Assembly (NCBI GenBank): GCA_964507955.1 | Contig: CAZDRR010000001.1 | Location: 344-64,343, forward strand | DNA: 64,000 nt | Source: an uncultured Candidatus Saccharibacteria bacterium | Lineage (GTDB): Bacteria > Patescibacteriota > Minisyncoccia > Phycocordibacterales > JAACPR01 | Direction: 5' to 3' | Part shown: one piece after another, positions 56,542-64,000 of the stretch | Layout: each line of letters starts with the position of its first letter | Position numbering within the stretch: position 1 is the first letter of the stretch | Made by a program: the position numbers and the translations under genes | The notes under the pieces: model-generated | Told to the model about the DNA's origin: nothing | Database searches by the model: none | What the model saw: the letters and a program-made list of their open reading frames with translations, nothing else

Positions 56542-57586
56542 TTATAGAAATATTTTAGAGAATTTGGGCTACAAGCTAATAGATCGAGGATCATATTGGC
56601 ATACAGCCGCTATTTTTCGTAATGGAGATAATCCAACAGCAATTCAAATTTATAAAGATACTGGAGTATGGCGAGATTTTGTAGAAGATTCTCCTTTTGC
56701 TCCATTTGAGGCTTTGGTAAAAAAAACTTTAAATACGAATGATTCATCGCTCATTAAAAGCATATTAAATAATAATAGCAACGATATAGAAGCCGTTTCC
56801 TCGAAAAAAAAATTATTGAAAGAAGAGCGCGTTTTCGAAAGTTCTTGTTTGAAAAGACTATTGCCACATTACGACTTTTATACTTCTCCAGAGAGAAATA
56901 TTTCAATCCAAACGCTTGAAGATTATCAATGCGGATTGGCTACTTCTGGTAAATTTTATCAAAGATTAGTTTTTCCTATTTTCAGATATGACGGCAAAAT
57001 ACATGGGTTCTCTGGTAGAAAAATTCTCGAAAGCAACAACAAAAGCAAGTGGTTTCATTCTGGCAAAGTTGCTAATTGGGTATATCCAACTTACACCACT
57101 CCTTTTACAAGTTCGGCTATTTTAAATAAGAAAAGAGTATTTCTTGTAGAATCCATTGGAGATTCGTTGGCGATGTATGATAAAGGAATTCAAGAAAATC
57201 TTGTTTCTTTTGGTTTATCTATTTCTCCAAAATTAGCTGCTCATTTAGGATCATTAGAAGTTGAGAAGATTGTTTTCGCATTCAATAACGATTTTGAAGC
57301 AGAAAAAAATAGGGGTGTAATCGCCGCTGTTAAAAATATCATCAAACTTTCTAGTCACTTGGATTTCACAAAAATTTATATATGTCCTCCTCATAAAAGT
57401 GATTTTGGCAAAATGACGGATCAAAAAGATTTTGAACTTTATCTAAAATATTTTGATAATATGACTCACGAAGAGTCTATGCGCAAAGTAGTCGATCAGG
57501 CGGAAGCGTTAGGAAATAATGTTTCTGACGATTTTAAAATATTAAGAAGAAAGTTCAACAAACTCTATTCATTCCATTATGAATAA
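56534..57586 (+). CDS. DNA primase (TOPRIM)
   Basis: RLVFPI...HGFSGR, LVESIGD and FNND motifs; the N-terminal zinc-binding-like domain lacks Cys. Confidence 0.85.
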   Translation: MVDYRNILENLGYKLIDRGSYWHTAAIFRNGDNPTAIQIYKDTGVWRDFVEDSPFAPFEALVKKTLNTNDSSLIKSILNNNSNDIEAVSSKKKLLKEERVFESSCLKRLLPHYDFYTSPERNISIQTLEDYQCGLATSGKFYQRLVFPIFRYDGKIHGFSGRKILESNNKSKWFHSGKVANWVYPTYTTPFTSSAILNKKRVFLVESIGDSLAMYDKGIQENLVSFGLSISPKLAAHLGSLEVEKIVFAFNNDFEAEKNRGVIAAVKNIIKLSSHLDFTKIYICPPHKSDFGKMTDQKDFELYLKYFDNMTHEESMRKVVDQAEALGNNVSDDFKILRRKFNKLYSFHYE

Positions 57587-58619
57587 ACCATTATCAGCTT
57601 CCAGAATCAAAGTCTTACAAACTTGCTCTTATTTATATTGGGCGAAGTATCATTTAAAACTTCCCGATAAGGCTAACGAGGGTAGTTTGAGAGGCAACAT
57701 TTGTCATACTGTTTTTGAAGTTCTTGGCGATCCTCGCCATAGGAAACATTATGATGCAATTGTCTCTTTGCAAGATGTTGCTGCTTCACAAGCAATAGAG
57801 AGATTGATTTTGTCTTATGCCAAAAAGAATGGCATAGATTCTTTCGAGAATTTGGATTTAATCAACAAGATGATCTTGGAAGGATTGAATTATGATTTTT
57901 TTGGAACCAAAAATGGGAAACCCACATATGGATTAAGCGAATGCGATTTCGATATTGATGTGAATACTGATAAGAAAAATTATCGCATTTTGGGTTTCAT
58001 AGATAAATTGTTCTTGTTCAAAAAGAAAAAACTAGCAATTATTCGTGACTTTAAAACATCAAAGGGAATTTTTTCTGGAGAAGAAGTCGAGGATAATTTG
58101 CAAAATTTAATGTATTGCCTTGCAGTAAAATACTTGTATCCAGAATATTTACAGAGAAAAATGGAATTTCTGTTTTTGAAATTTGATTTGAATAACGGAG
58201 GCTTGCTGGAAATGGCAGAGGTTTCAACAGATGAATTGGAAGGTTTCGAAATTTTCTTGACTCAGGTTCAAAAAGTTATCAATAATTTCAACGAAAAAGC
58301 CGCATTGGCAGATATGGCGTATCACAAAGGCTTTGGACAAGGATTTACTGGAAGGACAGTATGCGGACAAGGAATGAACCCAAATGCTCTTAAAAAGGAT
58401 GGAACGCCCATGTGGGCATGTGCGGCAAAATGGCCTTTCGACTATTATGTATTATTGGATGAAAAGAAAACTGTGATAGGCTCTTCGTTAGATAAAATTG
58501 ATTTGGAGCAAAAACAAACAAAGTATCCAAATTCTAAAATTGAAAAACGCAAATATGAAGGATGCCCAGCTTGGAACGTAAAGAAGAAAATTCTTGACAA
58601 ATACGATCCATTTTTATAA
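57579..58619 (+). CDS. PD-(D/E)xK exonuclease (Cas4/AddB-like)
   Basis: LSASRI...C, GNICH, GFIDKL, IRDFKT, QNLMY and C-terminal Cys residues. Confidence 0.82.
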   Translation: MNKPLSASRIKVLQTCSYLYWAKYHLKLPDKANEGSLRGNICHTVFEVLGDPRHRKHYDAIVSLQDVAASQAIERLILSYAKKNGIDSFENLDLINKMILEGLNYDFFGTKNGKPTYGLSECDFDIDVNTDKKNYRILGFIDKLFLFKKKKLAIIRDFKTSKGIFSGEEVEDNLQNLMYCLAVKYLYPEYLQRKMEFLFLKFDLNNGGLLEMAEVSTDELEGFEIFLTQVQKVINNFNEKAALADMAYHKGFGQGFTGRTVCGQGMNPNALKKDGTPMWACAAKWPFDYYVLLDEKKTVIGSSLDKIDLEQKQTKYPNSKIEKRKYEGCPAWNVKKKILDKYDPFL

Positions 58620-58629
58620 AAAAAGAATA

Positions 58630-59316
58630 GTGATTCCATTATTTAAAACTCATTACAGCGTTGGAAAGAGTATTTTAACTCCTTCTAATATTTTTTCATT
58701 TATAGATGATTCTCCGCAGGTTGTTTTTGTTGAGGATAGTTTTTGTGGTTTCCGTAATATTTTCAATGAGGCTACGAAACATAAAAAGCAATTGATTTTT
58801 GGAATTCGGCTACCAGTTATCCAAAATTCTTTGGAAGAACGTCCGAGTAAACTTGTTTTTTTTGCAAAAAACGATGAAGGAGTTGGGGATTGCAAACAAC
58901 TTTTTTCAAAAACTTATTGTTCTGATGAAAAAGTTTTAAAATTAGGGGATTTAAAACCCAAGAATCTTAAAAACATCAAAATAGGAGTGCCTTTTTATGA
59001 CTCTTATGTTTACAATAACGTATTTTATTTTGGGTTGTCGGAATTGCATTTGAAAAAATTTGATCATTTTTACTTTGAAGAAAGCAACAATCATCCTTTT
59101 GATTTTCAAATTTCGAATGCCCTAAAAGAAGTTTCAGAAGAAACAGTCTTGGCGAAAACAATCTTGTATAAGAATTACGATGATTTTGATGCCTTTACAA
59201 TGTATAAGGCAATTTGTAATAGAGGTCACGGGAAATCGCCAACGCATTCAGCGCCGAATATCAATCATCTATGTTCCAACGAATTTTGCTGGGAATCTTT
59301 CAAATTAAATAAATGA
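58630..59316 (+). CDS. Stand-alone PHP domain of a DnaE-type polymerase
   Basis: Likely GTG start (IPLFKTHYSVGKSIL); KQLIFGI and LVFFAKNDEG match the DnaE PHP domain. Confidence 0.75.
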   Translation: MIPLFKTHYSVGKSILTPSNIFSFIDDSPQVVFVEDSFCGFRNIFNEATKHKKQLIFGIRLPVIQNSLEERPSKLVFFAKNDEGVGDCKQLFSKTYCSDEKVLKLGDLKPKNLKNIKIGVPFYDSYVYNNVFYFGLSELHLKKFDHFYFEESNNHPFDFQISNALKEVSEETVLAKTILYKNYDDFDAFTMYKAICNRGHGKSPTHSAPNINHLCSNEFCWESFKLNK

Positions 59317-59978
59317 GCTTACCATTTGACCAAAAATACATAACCTTTGATACAGAAACAGAAGGCTTGAATTTACATAATTCTCGTCCATGGCAATTGG
59401 CGTGGAATCGAGCAAAAGGAAACAAGTCTCTTAATGCAGAAAATAGATTTTTATATTGGTCTGATTTAAAAGTATCAAGAGACGCGGCGAGGATCACAGG
59501 ATTTGATATAGATTTTTATGAAAATATTGGCAGGGATAATCATAAATACAAAATTTTTGGCAAGGAGTTTAAAGCGGAAAATCCAGAGGTCGTTTTAAAC
59601 GATTTTGAAAAAGAGTTGTATGATCCCAAGAACATTATTGTTGGGCAAAACTTATTAGGATACGACGTTTATATTATTGCCACTTTACAACGTATTTGTG
59701 GCAAAAAACAGGATTTCTCTTATTTATCCCGCATTTATGATACGAGACCGCTGGGTATGGCTTATAGAGAAGGATTGACAAAACCAAAGAATTGCGACAT
59801 GCTTTCTTGGCAATATAAAATATTAAATGACGCATCTTTGAAAGCAAAAGTTTCACAACTCGCACAATTGAAATTTTTAGGCATTGAATTTGATGAAACG
59901 AAACTTCATGATGCCTTATATGATAATGAAATGTGCTTCCAAATTTTTCAAGCACATAAAAAGAATTTAAGCCTATGA
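59313..59978 (+). CDS. DEDDh 3'-5' exonuclease (DnaQ-like proofreader)
   Basis: FDTETEG, GQNLLGYD, YDT and HDALYD motifs. Confidence 0.88.
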   Translation: MSLPFDQKYITFDTETEGLNLHNSRPWQLAWNRAKGNKSLNAENRFLYWSDLKVSRDAARITGFDIDFYENIGRDNHKYKIFGKEFKAENPEVVLNDFEKELYDPKNIIVGQNLLGYDVYIIATLQRICGKKQDFSYLSRIYDTRPLGMAYREGLTKPKNCDMLSWQYKILNDASLKAKVSQLAQLKFLGIEFDETKLHDALYDNEMCFQIFQAHKKNLSL

Positions 59979-62545
59979 TTTTTCATGATGTAAAACCATA
60001 TGTCGAACCAGAGCCAGTAGGCGTCGAACTACCTAAAATTTTTGTTACAGAACAAGAATTAAAAGAAATTGACGACAAACTTACCGTCAACAGCAGCAGT
60101 TTTGATCTTTTGAAGTCGCTGGTCAGAAAGGGATTGAAAGACAAGGGAATTGTTAATCGAGACGATAAACAAACATATTTTGATAGGGCAAAACAAGAAC
60201 TGGATACTTTCGAAGAATTGGGATTCACAGACTATGTTCTTTTAAATTGGGACATTTTGAATTTTTGTCATAAGAACAATATCCCTACAGGCGCGGGCAG
60301 AGGTTCTGCGGCAGGCAGTTTAGTTCTTTTTTTATTAGGGGTTACAAATATAGATCCGCTTGAACATAATTTATTCTTCGAAAGATTCGTTTCCAAATCC
60401 CGTGCGAAGAAAATCCTTTCCAAATCAGGAAAACAATTTCTTGTTGGAAGCTTGTTACCCGACGTTGATTCAGACATTTCATATGATCAACGCTCCAAAG
60501 TTATCGCTTATATTGAGGAAAAACACAGAGGAAAGACTTCTAAAATTTTGACCTTTAATACTTTCAGTTCCAAACTTTGCATTAGAGAAACAGCGAAGTA
60601 TTTTTGTGAAGCTTCTGAATTTGAAGCCAGTGAAGTTAGCGACATGATTCCGAAATTACACGGAGTCGTTGCTGATTTGGAAGATGCATATGAAGAAGTT
60701 GAATCTTTTAAAAATTGGGCAAACCGTTATCCAGACGCTTATAAAAATGCTTTAAAAATAGAGAACTTGAATAAAAATACGGGAGTTCATCCTTCTGGAA
60801 TTGCTATTTGCTCCGATACAATTTCGAATATTATTCCTCTTCAAAAAACAAAGGATGGAGATTTGGTGTCGGGTTATGATATGAATGGAGTATCGGATTT
60901 GATGGTTAAATTCGATATCTTGGGACTAAGAACACTTACTGTCGCCCAAAATACCTGTAATCGTCTAGGCATCTCTCTGGACGATATTCCATATAATGAT
61001 GAGTTCATTTATAAAGCGTTACAGGATTTCAAACATCCGATGGGATTATTCCAAATTTCTGCGGATACAAACTTTAGGGTAGCGCAAGCAATTAAGCCAA
61101 GCAACTTACAAGAATTGTCTGATGTTATCGCTCTTGCAAGGCCCGGAGCCTTGCAATTCCTTACAGACTATAAAGAGAACAAACAGACCTTAAAAGAACT
61201 TGGTATGCATGAAGAGTTAGATCATATTCTTTCATGGTCAAAGAATGTTATCTTATATCAGGAACAATTGATGATGATCGCCAACAAGGTTTTCGGATTC
61301 TCTTTAGAAGAAGCTGAAATCTTGAGAAGAATTGTTGGTAAGAAAAAACGTGATGAGATGCCCCCATGGAAAGAAAAAATTTATAATGCGGGCAAAGAAA
61401 GAGGATTGGATACAAAAATCAGCGATTTCTATTGGTCCGCTCTTGAAGCCTCTGCGGATTATTCTTTCAATTTAAGTCATAGCGTTAGTTATGCGACTTT
61501 GGCGGCGAAAACCGTATATTTGAAATACAAGTATCCTCAAGAATTCTTTATTTCTCTATTAGAATCTGCTGAATTCGAACCAGATCCATTAGCGGAAATT
61601 TCCCTTATCCAAAAAGAATTACAGGATTTTGGTATTAAACTTCTTCCACCTTCCCTTGAAGTATCCGATATGACATTTTCGGTTGAAAATGAAAATATTC
61701 GTTATGGATTAAGAACTATTAAAGGTATCTCCTCCAAGTCATTAGCTTCATTGGTTGATTTTCGAGGCAAGAAATTTGCAAATAAGTATGAAGTGTTTTC
61801 TGCGGCCAAGAATGCAGGTATCAACATTTCTGTTCTCGCGGCATTGATTCAGGCTGGAACAATGGATCAGTCTGGACAGAATAGAAGTCGCATGGTTCTG
61901 GAGGCACAAGCATTTAACCTTTTAACAGATAGGGAAAAGCGTAATTTTATGCTTATCGGAGAAAGATTTGGATTTGACCTGTTGAATACAATTGCTGATG
62001 TGGTGGACAAACAAATTATTGGAGACGATAATCGGGTGATTATGTCCAATAAAAGGTTGGAAACCTTCAAACGCGATTTCCAAAAATATCTGACAATTTA
62101 TCGCCAAAATCGCAAGTATGATAAATTTGCAAAATGGTGGTATGAGAACACATTATTAGGGTATAGTTATTCGATTCTTTTAAAAGATTGTTTTGTTGAT
62201 ACGTTTGGTGTTTTGGATAACATTAAGGATTTGGAAGAAGCTGACGATAGATCGACATTTAAAGTTGCTGGTCAAGTTGAAGATTTCTTTGTTAAAACGA
62301 GCGCGGCTGGAAATAAATATATGTCCATTCTTCTTTCAGACAATACAGCGACCCAAAAATTTCTTTTTATGGATAATCGCAGGGCAGCTAAATTAACAGA
62401 ATTTTTAGAGTTTAATAAACTGATCAAAAAGGATATAATCGTATTGACAGGGACAAAAAGTTCGGATAGCTTATTTGTGAATTCTATAGAAAAAATAGAC
62501 TGTTCAATTTACATGAAACCGAAAGATATCAAAGATGAATCTTGA
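59975..62545 (+). CDS. dnaE: DNA polymerase III alpha (family C) core lacking the PHP domain
   Basis: GAGRGSAAGS, FERF, PDVDSD, HPSG, KFDILGL, YQEQLM and FNLSH motifs, plus a C-terminal OB fold. Confidence 0.93.
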   Translation: MIFHDVKPYVEPEPVGVELPKIFVTEQELKEIDDKLTVNSSSFDLLKSLVRKGLKDKGIVNRDDKQTYFDRAKQELDTFEELGFTDYVLLNWDILNFCHKNNIPTGAGRGSAAGSLVLFLLGVTNIDPLEHNLFFERFVSKSRAKKILSKSGKQFLVGSLLPDVDSDISYDQRSKVIAYIEEKHRGKTSKILTFNTFSSKLCIRETAKYFCEASEFEASEVSDMIPKLHGVVADLEDAYEEVESFKNWANRYPDAYKNALKIENLNKNTGVHPSGIAICSDTISNIIPLQKTKDGDLVSGYDMNGVSDLMVKFDILGLRTLTVAQNTCNRLGISLDDIPYNDEFIYKALQDFKHPMGLFQISADTNFRVAQAIKPSNLQELSDVIALARPGALQFLTDYKENKQTLKELGMHEELDHILSWSKNVILYQEQLMMIANKVFGFSLEEAEILRRIVGKKKRDEMPPWKEKIYNAGKERGLDTKISDFYWSALEASADYSFNLSHSVSYATLAAKTVYLKYKYPQEFFISLLESAEFEPDPLAEISLIQKELQDFGIKLLPPSLEVSDMTFSVENENIRYGLRTIKGISSKSLASLVDFRGKKFANKYEVFSAAKNAGINISVLAALIQAGTMDQSGQNRSRMVLEAQAFNLLTDREKRNFMLIGERFGFDLLNTIADVVDKQIIGDDNRVIMSNKRLETFKRDFQKYLTIYRQNRKYDKFAKWWYENTLLGYSYSILLKDCFVDTFGVLDNIKDLEEADDRSTFKVAGQVEDFFVKTSAAGNKYMSILLSDNTATQKFLFMDNRRAAKLTEFLEFNKLIKKDIIVLTGTKSSDSLFVNSIEKIDCSIYMKPKDIKDES

Positions 62546-64000
62546 TTATTATACCTCTCAATTACAATTTGTTATTAAAGAAAGCGAAAGGTTCGCTCAA
62601 AACAATGGATTTAAATATGTAACAGAAGATATTCTGTTTTATTCTTTAATATCTTCTCATAGTTCAACTTGTATTTTAGCATTTGAGAAGGCCCAAATTA
62701 ATATAGCGGCATTAGCGGGAGAAGCGATTAAATCAATTATTCTTCCTAAAAAACATCAAGAATTTTGTGGTTTTTCCAAAAAGGCAAAATCTATATTAAA
62801 ATTTGCGGAAGCTATCGCTGCGAGTCAATTCCGTCAGGAATATTTGTCTCCAGAAATTGTGCTGTTAGCTTTCTTTTCTCAAGAGCATTTGCCGAAAGCT
62901 TTGAAGAATTTTTTCAAAGTGAGTTTAACAGAAGAAATCTTGGAAAACCCTCAAGTGTTGTCTTTATTTGAAGGCGTTGCAATTGTGGTAAAAGATTTAG
63001 ATTTCTCAATTAAGGAAGAAGTTGAGCCAGAAAATGAGGATGTTAATAACATCCCTATGTTTGAATTGAATCCGATTCTTTCTCAATTTTCGGATAATTT
63101 GAATTTACAAGCAGCTATTGGGTTGTTTGATACCATTGTGGATTTTGATTCCAAGATAGATGAAATTGCGACAATTTTATGCCGCAAAAAGAAACCGAAT
63201 GCGATTTTGGTAGGTCCTGCGGGGACGGGAAAAACAAGTTTAGTGCAAGGTTTGGCTACAAAAATTGTAAAGGGAGAAGCTCCTGATTTACTTTTGAATA
63301 AGGTAATTTACTCAGTAAACTTATCTTCTATGGTGGCAGGGACACAATATCGCGGACAATTCGAAAAGCGCCTTGAAGATTTTATTAATGAAGCCAAGAA
63401 ATATTCCAACTTGATTCTTTTTATTGATGAAATTCACACGCTTGTAGGCGCGGGAGGAGGATCTTCATCTTCTCTTGAAGCCTCCAATATATTAAAACCT
63501 GAATTGGCAAGAGGAAGCATTTCTTGTATTGGAGCGACAACAATTAACGAATATACGAATACTATTAAAAAAGATTCAGCATTGGATCGTCGTTTTGAAA
63601 AAGTAATTGTCAGGGAACCGTCTAAGTTTCAAATGGAGAAAATTCTTCCTGAAATTTTGAATTATTATGAAGAGTTTCACGGCGTTGAATATACAGAAGA
63701 ATTTGTAAATAACATCATTTATTTTTGTGAACAGTTCTTGCCAAACAGAAGATATCCAGATAAGGCGATTGATGTTATAGACCACTGCGGAGCGCAAGCC
63801 AAAGTTAAGTTTTGGGAAATGGATGCTGAATTGAAAGATTACCAAAAGCATATTCGCGAAGGTATTGAAGAAACTGGTGAGGTTGATCAAAAAGCTTTGG
63901 ATCTTTTAAATAAAAAAATAGATGTGTGGGAAGGCAAACTGTTGTCGGAAACCGCTAAAGTTCAATTAAGCCATTTGAAAGCATTCTTCCTTAATAAAGG
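62535..64000 (+). CDS. ClpA/B/C-family AAA+ ATPase, 3'-truncated by the window (absent from the ORF track)
   Basis: ATG 62535 begins a Clp-N-like domain; RKKKPNAILVGPAGTGKT, AGTQYRGQFE, FIDEIHTLVGAG, LKPELARG, DSALDRRF and PDKAID motifs. Confidence 0.92.
   Translation, partial: MNLDYYTSQLQFVIKESERFAQNNGFKYVTEDILFYSLISSHSSTCILAFEKAQINIAALAGEAIKSIILPKKHQEFCGFSKKAKSILKFAEAIAASQFRQEYLSPEIVLLAFFSQEHLPKALKNFFKVSLTEEILENPQVLSLFEGVAIVVKDLDFSIKEEVEPENEDVNNIPMFELNPILSQFSDNLNLQAAIGLFDTIVDFDSKIDEIATILCRKKKPNAILVGPAGTGKTSLVQGLATKIVKGEAPDLLLNKVIYSVNLSSMVAGTQYRGQFEKRLEDFINEAKKYSNLILFIDEIHTLVGAGGGSSSSLEASNILKPELARGSISCIGATTINEYTNTIKKDSALDRRFEKVIVREPSKFQMEKILPEILNYYEEFHGVEYTEEFVNNIIYFCEQFLPNRRYPDKAIDVIDHCGAQAKVKFWEMDAELKDYQKHIREGIEETGEVDQKALDLLNKKIDVWEGKLLSETAKVQLSHLKAFFLNK

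Noticed and set aside
62765-63890. Track ORFs 62765..62971 (+) and 63576..63890 (-)
   Set aside because: Both lie inside the Clp ATPase reading frame, which the track missed because it runs off the window.
1-64000. Stop-codon reassignment, inteins or introns
   Set aside because: Genes tile densely under the standard code with TAA, TGA and TAG all used as stops. TerL, DnaB, NrdJ, RecA and DnaE show no intein-sized insertions or splice motifs.

Overview
The window is about 64 kb of a large, AT-rich tailed dsDNA phage genome, probably a siphovirus because no tail sheath is recognisable. There are no tRNA, rRNA, CRISPR or IS features. From left to right it holds: a GC-richer partial gene and terminator; small leftward genes; PhoH, a sigma-like factor, an ERCC4 nuclease, terminase, portal, protease-scaffold, capsid, neck, tail tube, tape measure and tail-tip genes; a leftward block (SSAP-like, glycosyltransferases, Whirly-like SSB, second sigma, dNMP kinase, dUTPase); a structured 580-bp divergent intergenic region; class II RNR; a sugar-nucleotide/glycosyltransferase cluster; and a replication module (RecA, DnaB, primase, exonuclease, three-part DnaE) ending in a Clp ATPase. 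The most striking observation is in the tape measure protein. Five AxGFIPN(F/Y) repeats bracket cargo-like domains, including a protein-kinase-like domain and a probable PD-(D/E)xK nuclease, which suggests a modular effector-delivery polyprotein. Other notable signals are a putative virion-glycosylation system (many glycosyltransferases plus S/T-G-rich tail proteins), a GTGTAA late-promoter-like motif, sigma70-type promoters with a fixed 16-bp spacer, and a covarying hairpin family in the intergenic region. All functional calls come from reading motifs by eye; no database searches were run.
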